17,827 nt of DNA from the IMG/VR virus record IMGVR_UViG_2563366903_000004; one strand, written 5' to 3'. This document shows positions 7,694 through 15,165 of the stretch, one piece after another (the first letter of the stretch is position 1; each line of letters starts with the position of its first letter). A model generated the notes under the pieces. The model worked only from the letters and a program-made list of their open reading frames with translations. It was not told the DNA's origin and ran no database searches. The position numbers and the translations under genes were made by a program. Origin of the DNA: a virus (Duplodnaviria > Heunggongvirae > Uroviricota > Caudoviricetes).

Positions 7694-8377
7694 TCAGTAG
7701 CGATGCAGTGAAGGCGGCAACTCTTTGTTCTTAAGCCTTTCCCATGCCAGAAGGTTCGTCGGCCCGTCAGGCTCATAAATATCTATATCCCGCGTGTGAT
7801 TAATTAAAACGCCCCTCGCCCTCCCGATGATATACGAGAACTCATAGCCGTAGTCGTGGCATATGCCGGAATAGCCAGACTGAATCAGTTTTAATGCGGG
7901 ATACAACTCACGGAACAATGCCTGTGAGCGGTTGGCATAATCCCACAGCCATACAAGGCTGTCTGTTTCTTTTGCGGAAAGCCCGTTGGGCTTCTTCTCT
8001 TGTTTGCCAGTATTTTTCTCGCACTGGCTGAAATAGCAGTCTTCCAGTTTTTCGAACACTTCCCACGCCCGATCGGTTTCGAGCATTTTTGCATGACGGG
8101 CTGCGCCGCGTTCTGTCCATAGGATGAGGGAGCGAACGTTACGGGCAATTTTCACAGAGTAGTTAAAAGCTACTCTGTGCTTGAACTCACGTAAAGTTTC
8201 ACCTTCAAGTTTGAAGAAGTGTTTTTCCTCAATGAAACGACCTTTGTTTTCGTGGTGATTCTGGCGAATACGAATAGCTTCTGTGCCGTAAAGGTGCGCC
8301 AAAAGTTCGGTAGTGATAACGGGGATCTGCTTGTAAGTAATCGTGGAGAGTGTTTCAACAGAAACTTGAGTTGTCAT
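7694..8377 (-). CDS. ORF6N/KilA-N-type DNA-binding domain protein (227 aa) with an uncharacterised C-terminal half
   Basis: ATG at 8377 with GAGGG 7 nt upstream; N-terminal ~110 aa match the ORF6N pattern (recalled); the gene is bracketed by intrinsic terminators. Confidence 0.55.
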   Translation of the reverse strand: MTTQVSVETLSTITYKQIPVITTELLAHLYGTEAIRIRQNHHENKGRFIEEKHFFKLEGETLREFKHRVAFNYSVKIARNVRSLILWTERGAARHAKMLETDRAWEVFEKLEDCYFSQCEKNTGKQEKKPNGLSAKETDSLVWLWDYANRSQALFRELYPALKLIQSGYSGICHDYGYEFSYIIGRARGVLINHTRDIDIYEPDGPTNLLAWERLKNKELPPSLHRY

Positions 8378-8536
8378 AATGACGCCCTCGAGTGGTTTCT
8401 AAACTATCACCACCGTCAGGTTCCTAATCATCGGGTGGCGAGACGTACAGGGTTAGGAACTACCGGGAAACCAACCGGCGAGCTTTTCAGCTCCCCTATA
8501 CGCCCCACCATAATTCAGATGTGCGTGTGCATACGA

Positions 8537-8561
8537 CAATAAAAAACACGCTCGCGGCGTG
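8537..8561 (-). terminator. Intrinsic terminator between ninE and the ORF6N cassette
   Basis: Minus strand ACACGC-cgcga-GCGTGT hairpin followed by TTTTTTATT. Confidence 0.55.
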
Positions 8562-8654
8562 TCTCTGTCGCGGTTTCTATCCGGGGTTCCTAATCCCGAC
8601 GCCAGATTTTGCTGGCGCGTGAGGAATATAGCCCCGAATAAATCATCACGTCAA

Positions 8655-8837
8655 TCACCTTGTTTTCCTCGCACGATGTCTTAGCCACCGGATATCCCAC
8701 AGGTGAGCCGTGTAATTGAAGGTTTTAACGTCAGATTCTTTTGGGATTGGCCTGGGTTTATTTCTGGAGCGTTTCGTTGGAAGGTATTTGCAGTTTTCGC
8801 AGATGATGTCGGTGATACTTCGTCGCTGTCGCCTCAT
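8655..8837 (-). CDS. ninE: NinE
   Basis: Internal Met of ORF 8655..8927 gives the 60-aa [60 protein letters not shown], near-identical to recalled lambda NinE; ATGA overlap with the upstream methyltransferase stop. In this stretch my reading of the printed sequence and the ORF-track frame disagree by 1 nt; track coordinates are used. Confidence 0.8.
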   Translation of the reverse strand: MRRQRRSITDIICENCKYLPTKRSRNKPRPIPKESDVKTFNYTAHLWDIRWLRHRARKTR

Positions 8838-9361
8838 GCCGCCCTCCTGACGCCCTGCCCGATCGCCATCAATGCCGCTTTGGATACGGTAGTAAACATC
8901 CGTCGAGGACTGATGAACGGTCGCCAAATCAGCAGCATGGAACCTTTGCTGTTTCCCTTCTTCTCCAGCCCTGTCGATGGTTCGATAAAATTAATCCGTC
9001 CATCAGTGATGATGCGAACTTCGTCAACACTCTCCAGAGCCTTACTGAACCATCCGACAGACATATCCTCTGGCACAAGCATCACTACCGTCTGTCGTTG
9101 TTGTATGCACTGCTCAGCGGCTTTTTCCACCCACGGCCTGATATTGCTGTACGGTGGGTTATTCCAGATTGCACCGTGGCTTACCCACTCAGAATTGAGC
9201 GCGTCGTCGGCCTCAGTTAGCCAGTGAGCACACAGAGCATTTTTGTCGCTCGCTGCCGAATCCAGCCAGAATCCAAACTCAATATCCAGTGCATCAAAAA
9301 GCCAAAGCGGCGTTTGCCAGCAGTCCTTGTCGTGTGCTGGCGTATTTGATTTGATAGTCAT
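8834..9361 (-). CDS. Phage DNA N6-adenine methyltransferase (Dam-like)
   Basis: Start taken at the internal ATG 9361, which overlaps the ninB stop as ATGA; [59 protein letters not shown]...[11 protein letters not shown] has the NPPY catalytic motif of N6-adenine methyltransferases. Confidence 0.8.
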   Translation of the reverse strand: MTIKSNTPAHDKDCWQTPLWLFDALDIEFGFWLDSAASDKNALCAHWLTEADDALNSEWVSHGAIWNNPPYSNIRPWVEKAAEQCIQQRQTVVMLVPEDMSVGWFSKALESVDEVRIITDGRINFIEPSTGLEKKGNSKGSMLLIWRPFISPRRMFTTVSKAALMAIGQGVRRAA

Positions 9362-9804
9362 GCAGCCTTCCCTTTTCGTTGTGACCATTCATACTCTCGC
9401 CAGGAGTCATCACTCCACCGCACGTTGCGCTCTGAGCCGAACCAGAACATGATTTCGATAAGCTCAGTCATGCTGGCCTTCCGCATTTTGCTGGTGCGCA
9501 CACCAAGCATGACAACGCCACCGCCGATACCAGGCGCACTTCGTTGCTCCAGTTTTTTGGTCTTAAGCCACAGGGCAGTGAACAGGTCTTTCCAGTCTTC
9601 CGGCGCCAGCCGTTGACCATGCCATAGCACCTGACGCGAAACATCGTTCAGCATCGGCCACATACGGTCATTCTGCGCTTTGCTACGCTTGGGTTCTTTA
9701 ACGTGGACTTCGTGGGGTGACTTGTCGTCGATGGGTAGTGAGAGAATGGCGTCTATGGCGTTATTTCTGATTGCTTCGTTGCGAAGCAGAAAGGTTTGCT
9801 TCAT
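9358..9804 (-). CDS. ninB: NinB (Orf) recombination mediator
   Basis: Internal ATG at 9804 of ORF 9358..9906; MKQTFLLRNEAIRNNAIDAILSLP...DVSRQVLWHGQRL...WSDDSWREYEW aligns along its length with recalled lambda NinB. Confidence 0.85.
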   Translation of the reverse strand: MKQTFLLRNEAIRNNAIDAILSLPIDDKSPHEVHVKEPKRSKAQNDRMWPMLNDVSRQVLWHGQRLAPEDWKDLFTALWLKTKKLEQRSAPGIGGGVVMLGVRTSKMRKASMTELIEIMFWFGSERNVRWSDDSWREYEWSQRKGKAA

Positions 9805-9997
9805 CTCCTGCTCTCCGGTTCCATTTTTCAGCCGCCGCAGCAACTGATGGTGCCCACGCCCCCCTGGCTTCACAGAGGTCACATTCTGCATAGCCCCACA
9901 CATCAATATTTATTCCGGCCTCAACCCACAGACGAGCATTACCGCCGCAAAACGGACATTCTTTTAGCTTTGGCTGGGTTAATGATAGGTCGCTCAT
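9761..9997 (-). CDS. Lar-family restriction-alleviation-like protein (zinc-finger)
   Basis: ATG at 9997 with a strong GAAGGAG RBS; KECPFCGG...ECDLCEARGAW...WNRR matches the Cys motif pattern recalled for Lar family proteins; C-terminus overlaps the ninB start by 44 nt. Confidence 0.45.
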   Translation of the reverse strand: MSDLSLTQPKLKECPFCGGNARLWVEAGINIDVWGYAECDLCEARGAWAPSVAAAAEKWNRRAGDEANLSASQRSNQK

Positions 9998-10007
9998 GCT
10001 CACTCCT

Positions 10008-10223
10008 TCACTTTAAATCCAGACTCCGGATAATTCTGTTGCGCTGAAACTCATTGTTGAGTTTGAACAACCGTCGAAGAACACGGTCACGCGGATAGCG
10101 TCGTGCGGCAGGTGAATGCTCATACAACTCATCAAGCGGCAAACTGGACGATGAACGATACCGATACCAACGCACCAACTCTTCACGAAAATTAGCCCTG
10201 ACAAGCTCAGCTATCGTACTCAT
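10008..10223 (-). CDS. Hypothetical basic protein (71 aa)
   Basis: ATG at 10223 with GGAGG 9 nt upstream; occupies the position where lambda has ninB, immediately after the tR2-like terminator. Confidence 0.45.
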   Translation of the reverse strand: MSTIAELVRANFREELVRWYRYRSSSSLPLDELYEHSPAARRYPRDRVLRRLFKLNNEFQRNRIIRSLDLK

Positions 10224-10251
10224 TTCTTAAAGCCTCCAATTACTCTTCCCC

Positions 10252-10282
10252 AAATAAAAAGGCCTGCGATTACCAGCAGGCC
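10252..10282 (-). terminator. tR2-like intrinsic terminator downstream of ren
   Basis: Minus strand GGCCTGC-tggtaatc-GCAGGCC followed by TTTTTATTT; matches the lambda tR2 sequence as I recall it. Confidence 0.75.
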
Positions 10283-10308
10283 TGTTACAAGCTCAGTGAT
10301 GTAGATGG

Positions 10309-10599
10309 TCATCTTTTAACTCCATATACCGCCAATACCCGTTTCATCACTGCACTCTGGCGACACTCCTTAAAAATCAGGTTCGTGCTCACCTTTCCTT
10401 CCCGTTCTTCCCTGGTAGCAAACCGGTAATACACCGTTCGCCAGACCTTACCATCAATGACAAGGATTCCTGCCCGCGCCATTTTAGCCGCAGCCTGATT
10501 TATACTGGTTACGGTTGCGCCTGTTACCGCGGAAACGTCCTGTGCACAGAAGTTCTTATGCGCCCCGAGGTAATGAATAATTGCCTCTTTGCCCGTCAT
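10309..10599 (-). CDS. ren: Ren
   Basis: 96-aa ORF MTGKEAIIHYLGAHKNFCAQDVSAVTGATVTSINQAAAKMARAGILVIDGKVWRTVYYRFATREEREGK... is near-identical to recalled lambda Ren; ATGA overlap with the P stop. Confidence 0.85.
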   Translation of the reverse strand: MTGKEAIIHYLGAHKNFCAQDVSAVTGATVTSINQAAAKMARAGILVIDGKVWRTVYYRFATREEREGKVSTNLIFKECRQSAVMKRVLAVYGVKR

Positions 10600-11297
10600 A
10601 CACTTGCTCCTTTCAGTCCGAACTTAGCTTTAATTTCTGCGATCTTCGCCAGAGCCTGTGCTCGATTTAGAGGTCTGCCGCCCATGACAGGAAGTTGTTT
10701 TACTGGTTCAGGTATCGTCTCACCACGGTTAATTCGTGCTGTCATACAGGTCAGTTCATCGGCAGCCTTGCGCCGTAATTCCGCGTCAGTCAGCGCATTG
10801 GCCCGCATGTTCTGGTACAGGTTGGTAACCAGCCAGTAGTGCGCGTTTGATTTCCACGGATAAGACTCTGCATCCGGATACAGGCCACGCTTCCGGCAAT
10901 ACTCGTAAACCATATCAACCAGCTCGCTGACGTTTGGCAGTCCGGCGATAACGGATGCTTCTTCCCGGCACCATGCAACAAACTGCCCGGGTGATGGAAG
11001 AAATGGTCGATTCTGCCGACGGGCTACGCGCATTCCTGCGTTAACCTGTTCCATCGAGGTGATCCCGTTTTCCCGGAAAGCCAGAACCCACTGGCGGCGG
11101 ATTTCATTCAGTTCGTTCTGGCCCCGGTTAGCCAGACTCGCCGGGAAAGTTGCCAGTAACTGGCTGAACACACCGTTGATGATCTGCGCTACCTGTTGTA
11201 CCTGCGGCTTTTCGTCGTACTGTTCCGGCATGTTGTTGGCGATCCGACGCATCTGCTCACGGTCAAAGTTAACCATCTGTGCGGCGATGTTTTTCAT
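10596..11297 (-). CDS. P: Replication protein P (DnaB helicase loader)
   Basis: 233-aa ORF MKNIAAQMVNFDREQMRRIANNMPEQYDEKPQVQQVAQIINGVFSQLLATFPASLANRGQNE... is near-identical along its length to recalled lambda P. Confidence 0.95.
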   Translation of the reverse strand: MKNIAAQMVNFDREQMRRIANNMPEQYDEKPQVQQVAQIINGVFSQLLATFPASLANRGQNELNEIRRQWVLAFRENGITSMEQVNAGMRVARRQNRPFLPSPGQFVAWCREEASVIAGLPNVSELVDMVYEYCRKRGLYPDAESYPWKSNAHYWLVTNLYQNMRANALTDAELRRKAADELTCMTARINRGETIPEPVKQLPVMGGRPLNRAQALAKIAEIKAKFGLKGASV

Positions 11298-11965
11298 AAA
11301 TCCACCCCGTAAATCCAGTCAGTGTTTGTCAGGTCGAGTTTTGGTTTGCTGGCTGTCACGCCTGCCTGTTGCTTGTTACGGTTGATTTCGAGCTGGGTCC
11401 ACTTGTCGCGGAGTTTGGCCGGACTCAGCACGTTACCGGACCAGAAGTTGTCCTGGCAGGCCCAGCGGAAAAGCACACACATATCGCGGTGGTTACGTCC
11501 GTCACGTTCACGCATCAGGCGGATATCGTTAGCCCACCCTGCAAAATTCGGTTTTCTGGCTGATGGTGCGATGGTCTTCACCATGTCAAACATCCACTCT
11601 GCGGCGGTCAGGTCTTCTGCTGTTCCCCACTTGCTGCCGCTCTGAATTGCAGCATCCGGTTTAACCACAGAAAGATCGTTTTCTGGCTGGTCAGAGGATT
11701 CGCCAGAATTCTCGGACGAATAATCTTTTCTTTTTTCTTTTGTAATAGTGTCTTTTGTGTCCCCCTGTTTTGAGGGATAGCAATCCCCTAATTTGAGGGA
11801 TGTTTTATCCCTCGTTTTAGGGGGGGTTCCCTCGTTTTGAGGGATGTCCCTCATTTTAGGGGAACCTCCCTCGTTTTGAGGGATGCACCATTCTGAGATG
11901 TTTTTATTTGGTCCAAACATGCCGCCTTGCTGCTTGATAATATTCATTCTGACGAGTTCTAACTT
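11294..11965 (-). pseudogene. O: Replication initiator O, C-terminal portion (gene split by IS insertion)
   Basis: Frame continues from the IS junction (AAG TTA GAA CTC GTC AGA ATG AAT ...) into MNIIKQQGGMFGPNKNISEW...TNTDWIYGVDL, matching recalled lambda O residues ~91-299; contains the ori iterons. Confidence 0.85.
11761..11882 (-). repeat. Lambda-type origin of replication: six iteron-like repeats (TCCCTCAAAACGAGGGA on the coding strand), with an adjacent AT-rich unwinding region at ~11700-11760
   Basis: Six copies of ccctc(g/a)ttt(t/a)gaggga-like 16-18-mers at ~19-23-bp spacing inside the O coding remnant, followed by an A/T-rich tract (cttttcttttttcttttgtaatagtgtcttttgtg). Confidence 0.75.
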
Positions 11966-12007
11966 TGAACCGCCCCGGGTTTCCTGGAGAGTGTTTTATC
12001 TGTGAAC

Positions 12008-12898
12008 TCAGGCTGCCAGATCATCGTTTCCGATGGAAGCATAATAAGCTTTTTCTGCTTCTGCCGGAGGAGTATGGCCCAGCCTTTCCAGCAATCGTCG
12101 ATTGTTATACCAGTCCACCCACGTGAGTGTGGCCAGTTCCACTTCTGCACGGTTTTTCCAGCTCTTACGGTGTATTACCTCCGCTTTGTAAAGACCATTG
12201 ATGCTCTCCGCCATCGCGTTGTCATACGAATCGCCTGTACTTCCTGTTGATGCCAGTAATCCGGCTTCCTTAAGCCGCTGTGTGTAGGCCAGCGATACAT
12301 ACTGAGAACCTTTATCACTGTGATGGACCGTGCCGGACGGTCGACGGGCCCATAACGCCTGCTCCAGTGCATCCAGCACGAATGTCGTCTCCATGGACGA
12401 TGAGACCCGCCACCCCACAATGTATCCGGCAAACACATCAATGATGAACGCCACATAGACGAAGCCCTGCCATGTGCTGACGTAAGTAAAATCAGCCACC
12501 CACAGCTGGTCAGGTCGTTCTGCCACGAACTGACGGTTTACGCGGTCGCCTGCGGCAACGGCTTTCCGGCTGATGGTCGTACGGACCTTTTTACCCCGGA
12601 GAACACCGGCAAGTCCCATAACCGCCATGAGACGTGCCACAGTGCATCTGGCCACTCTGATACCTTCCCGTAACAACTGACGCCAGACTTTACGCACACC
12701 GTATACCTTGTGATTTTCATCGTATACGCGCTGTATCTCTTTCTTCAGCCAGTCATCGCGCTGCGCACGGGCACTGCGTTTATCCGGATGATATCGCTGT
12801 TGCTGACAGTGGTAATACGTTGACGGGGCAATATGCAGTTCGCTGCATAGCGGTCCGACCCCGTACTGCTCACGCAGCTTATCCAGCAGTGGCATCAT
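12008..12898 (-). CDS. IS3-family transposase OrfB (DDE catalytic domain)
   Basis: 296-aa ORF; recalled as the IS629 OrfB sequence; normally expressed as an OrfAB fusion by -1 frameshift. Confidence 0.9.
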   Translation of the reverse strand: MMPLLDKLREQYGVGPLCSELHIAPSTYYHCQQQRYHPDKRSARAQRDDWLKKEIQRVYDENHKVYGVRKVWRQLLREGIRVARCTVARLMAVMGLAGVLRGKKVRTTISRKAVAAGDRVNRQFVAERPDQLWVADFTYVSTWQGFVYVAFIIDVFAGYIVGWRVSSSMETTFVLDALEQALWARRPSGTVHHSDKGSQYVSLAYTQRLKEAGLLASTGSTGDSYDNAMAESINGLYKAEVIHRKSWKNRAEVELATLTWVDWYNNRRLLERLGHTPPAEAEKAYYASIGNDDLAA

Positions 12899-13221
12899 TT
12901 TTTCCAGAGGCGGTCGAACTCCGCCTTCGCAAAATAAGCGGAAGCCTGGCGAAGGATATCGTTACTGCGGCGCAGTTCACGATTTTCACGCTCCAGCTCT
13001 TTCAGACGCTGACGTTCAGCGGTGGTGAGCCCTCCATCACCGCCCCCGGTATCCCGCTCATGCTGGCGAACCCAGACACGCAGAGTCTCCGGCGTACAGC
13101 CAATCTTTGGAGCAATGGAACAAATTGTCGCCCATTGTGAGTCATATTCGCCCTGACTTTCCAGAACCATACGGACTGCCCGTTGACGGACTTCAGGGGA
13201 AAAACGAGTATTTTTAGTCAT
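12895..13221 (-). CDS. IS3-family transposase OrfA (HTH domain)
   Basis: 108-aa [60 protein letters not shown]...; ends in an A-rich run (TGG AAA AAA TGA) overlapping the OrfB start, consistent with a programmed -1 frameshift site. Confidence 0.9.
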   Translation of the reverse strand: MTKNTRFSPEVRQRAVRMVLESQGEYDSQWATICSIAPKIGCTPETLRVWVRQHERDTGGGDGGLTTAERQRLKELERENRELRRSNDILRQASAYFAKAEFDRLWKK

Positions 13222-13272
13222 CCTGTTTACCTCTTTCTCAGGAAGTTTAGTCTCCAGGATTCCCGGGGCGGT

Positions 13273-13545
13273 TCACTTGGCTTCATTGCACCGTTTGACA
13301 GGTAACTTTGTAATCTCGCTAAGTTGAGAATCGGTGATTCTGTCCATTGGTTTATTCCACCCATAGGTTTTACGCAGAATGGCAAGCAGCACTTTAAACT
13401 GTCGCTTGGTCAGATCTGCGCCTGAATAAGCCTCAATCAGCATATTTGATAGTCTGGCGTAACCATCATCGAGATCTGCCACATTACGCTCCTGTCCGGC
13501 AAAGTTACTTCTGCCGAAGTTGAGTATTTTTGCTGTATTTGTCAT
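13273..13545 (-). pseudogene. O: Replication initiator O, N-terminal 90 codons (truncated by the IS629-like insertion)
   Basis: MTNTAKILNFGRSNFAGQERNVADLDDGYARLSNMLIEAYSGADLTKRQFKVLLAILRKTYGWNKPMDRITDSQLSEITKLPVKRCNEAK matches recalled lambda O 1-90; the stop codon is supplied by the IS end (TGAACC). Confidence 0.85.
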
Positions 13546-13577
13546 AATGACTCCTGTTGATAGATCCAGTAATGACC

Positions 13578-13877
13578 TCAGAATTCCATCTGGATTTGTT
13601 CAGAACGCTCGGTCTTGCACACCGGGCGTTTTTTATTGGTGAGTTCATCAAGCGCATACTTAAAAGCCCTGCTAATCGGACTGATGTCTGATGCCATTCC
13701 GAAAGCACACAAGACCGAAGCAATAAATCTCCAGTCCGTTCTGCTTATCTTCGATTCATGACAGCCAATCATCTTTGCCAGACCGCGCTGGGTAAGCGTT
13801 GACAGGTTGATGAGTAAATCCGTTTCTGCGCGATCAACGTCGCGCTGGGATAGTTTGCTGTAACTTGTTTGTGTCAT
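13578..13877 (-). CDS. cII: CII-like transcriptional activator
   Basis: 99-aa ORF whose C-terminus LTNKKRPVCKTERSEQIQMEF matches the recalled lambda CII C-terminus; the N-terminal DNA-binding part is divergent; positioned between cro and O. Confidence 0.7.
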   Translation of the reverse strand: MTQTSYSKLSQRDVDRAETDLLINLSTLTQRGLAKMIGCHESKISRTDWRFIASVLCAFGMASDISPISRAFKYALDELTNKKRPVCKTERSEQIQMEF

Positions 13878-13887
13878 TTCTTAATAT
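13855..13887 (+). promoter_or_regulatory. Candidate PRE-like CII-dependent promoter overlapping the cII start
   Basis: TTGC-N6-TTGT (13855-13868) resembles the lambda CII box TTGC-N6-TTGC and overlaps the first cII codons as in lambda; TAATAT -10 candidate at 13882-13887, oriented toward cI. Confidence 0.3.
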
Positions 13888-13962
13888 TTCCAATAGTGAA
13901 TAGTTAGTTGAAAGGTATGCGTGGAAACGCATATGGCCTTAGTTGGTCAGATATCTTGGGGC

Positions 13963-13977
13963 TCGCTTTGTCAGCGA
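13963..13977 (-). promoter_or_regulatory. Candidate nutR boxB hairpin
   Basis: Minus-strand CTACG-TCGCT-GACAA-AGCGA between cro and cII; same core (CTACGnCGCTGACAAAGCG) as the hairpin upstream of N. Confidence 0.45.
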
Positions 13978-14015
13978 CGTAGGACGAATGTCCATTGTGA
14001 AAATAGCGGTGTTAC

Positions 14016-14243
14016 TTATGCAGCCAGAAGGTTCTTTTTGCTTATTTCAAGCATTTCGCTTGCTTGATATTTGCCACCAGAAATCTCTTCGATTTTTGAT
14101 GCGTATTTCGTTTTCCCAAAAAACTCAGTCTTAGGGAGGAAGCCGTTTTTGAGCCACTTATAGACAGCCCTTTCGCTAACTCCACAAGCCTTCGCAACTT
14201 CAGGGATGCCGACACCTTTAATCGGCTCATCAAGATTTTGCAT
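14016..14243 (-). CDS. cro: Cro-like repressor (HTH)
   Basis: Internal ATG at 14243 with AAGGA 7 nt upstream; 75 aa with an HTH segment (GIPEVAKACGVSERAVYKWLKNG); divergent from cI across the operator region. Confidence 0.7.
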   Translation of the reverse strand: MQNLDEPIKGVGIPEVAKACGVSERAVYKWLKNGFLPKTEFFGKTKYASKIEEISGGKYQASEMLEISKKNLLAA

Positions 14244-14321
14244 AGGGATATCCTTTTTCGTACTTTCAGTACGCATTATGATTGAACTGAAAGTTTTTGC
14301 AAGTGCTTTAGTATCGTACTC
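14244..14321. promoter_or_regulatory. cI-cro intergenic operator/promoter region (OR-like) with three palindromic sites and divergent PR/PRM candidates
   Basis: Palindromes CGTACTttcAGTACG (14259-14273), AACTgaaAGTT (14285-14295), AGTAtcgTACT (14310-14320); PR candidate on minus strand: -35 TTGCAA (14297-14302), 16-bp spacer, -10 CATAAT (rc of 14275-14280); PRM candidate on plus strand: -10 TAGTAT (14309-14314) ending 7 nt before the cI ATG. Confidence 0.6.
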
Positions 14322-15029
14322 ATGGTTCAGAATGAAAAAGTGCGCAAAGAATTCGCCCAGCGGCTAGCGCAAGCCTGTAAAGAAGCTGGTCTTGATGAAC
14401 ATGGTAGGGGAATGGCTATAGCCCGTGCCCTTTCTCTTTCGTCCAAAGGCGTTAGCAAATGGTTTAATGCTGAGTCTTTACCGCGTCAGGAAAAAATGAA
14501 TGCGCTTGCGAAATTTCTAAACGTTGATGTTGTTTGGCTTCAGCACGGCACTTCGTTAAATGGAGCGAATGATGAAGATACTCTTTCATTTGTTGGCAAA
14601 TTAAAAAAAGGGTTAGTGCGCGTGGTTGGTGAGGCAATTCTTGGTGTTGATGGTGCCATCGAGATGACCGAAGAGCGCGATGGGTGGCTCAAAATTTATA
14701 GCGATGATCCAGATGCCTTTGGTCTTCGTGTGAAAGGAGACAGCATGTGGCCCAGAATAAAATCAGGAGAATATGTACTCATTGAGCCTAACACCAAAGT
14801 ATTTCCGGGGGATGAGGTGTTTGTCAGAACTGTTGAAGGACACAACATGATCAAAGTTCTTGGCTATGACAGAGACGGAGAATACCAATTTACAAGCATC
14901 AACCAGGACCACAGGCCAATAACGTTGCCTTATCATCAAGTAGCAAAGGTGGAGTATGTGGCTGGTATTCTGAAGCAATCTCGCCATCTGGATGACATCG
15001 AGGCAAGGGAGTGGCTGAAAAGTTCGTGA
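14322..15029 (+). CDS. cI: CI prophage repressor (HTH N-domain plus S24 LexA-like autopeptidase C-domain)
   Basis: 235-aa ORF; C-domain has the GDSM serine-nucleophile motif (RVKGDSMWPRI) and a downstream Lys (MIKVLG); no SD before the ATG and a -10-like TAGTAT ends 7 nt upstream, suggesting a leaderless PRM-type transcript as in lambda. Confidence 0.85.
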   Translation: MVQNEKVRKEFAQRLAQACKEAGLDEHGRGMAIARALSLSSKGVSKWFNAESLPRQEKMNALAKFLNVDVVWLQHGTSLNGANDEDTLSFVGKLKKGLVRVVGEAILGVDGAIEMTEERDGWLKIYSDDPDAFGLRVKGDSMWPRIKSGEYVLIEPNTKVFPGDEVFVRTVEGHNMIKVLGYDRDGEYQFTSINQDHRPITLPYHQVAKVEYVAGILKQSRHLDDIEAREWLKSS

Positions 15030-15111
15030 CTTCATCGTCACATAGCTGGTAACCAGTGGCCTGAAGAGACGTTTGGGTGATGTACATAGCATTTCTGGAT
15101 AAAAATACAGA

Positions 15112-15153
15112 TTCCCTTTATGGGAAATGAATCTATAATTCCCAAAGAGGGAA
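15112..15153 (+). promoter_or_regulatory. Promoter/operator region of the HigB-like operon: two TTCCC-N5-GGGAA palindromes flanking a TATAAT -10 element
   Basis: TTCCCtttatGGGAA (15112-15126), TATAAT (15134-15139), TTCCCaaagaGGGAA (15139-15153); no good -35 hexamer found. Confidence 0.5.
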
Positions 15154-15165
15154 CAAAATCGGATT

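Larger units (their letters stand above)
11966..13275 (-). mobile_element. IS3-family insertion sequence, IS629-like (1310 bp) inserted in gene O
   Basis: Imperfect terminal inverted repeats, TGAACCGCCCCGGGTTTCCTGGAGAG at 11966 and its counterpart reverse-complemented at 13275; flanked by a 3-bp direct repeat CTT (11963-11965 and 13276-13278); two overlapping transposase ORFs. Confidence 0.9.

Noticed and set aside
8703-9227. 174-aa plus-strand ORF overlapping the Dam-like methyltransferase and ninE
   Set aside because: Lies antisense to two genes with recognisable homologs; Ser-rich translation without motifs; no RBS.
11761-11882. CRISPR array
   Set aside because: The repeats are short (about 17 bp), irregularly spaced, internally palindromic and sit inside the O gene: they are ori iterons, not CRISPR repeats with spacers; no cas genes in the window.
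12002-13140. Plus-strand ORFs (12002..12250, 12820..13140) and the minus ORFs 12175..12456 and 12538..12720 inside the IS element
   Set aside because: Shadow frames within or antisense to the two transposase ORFs.
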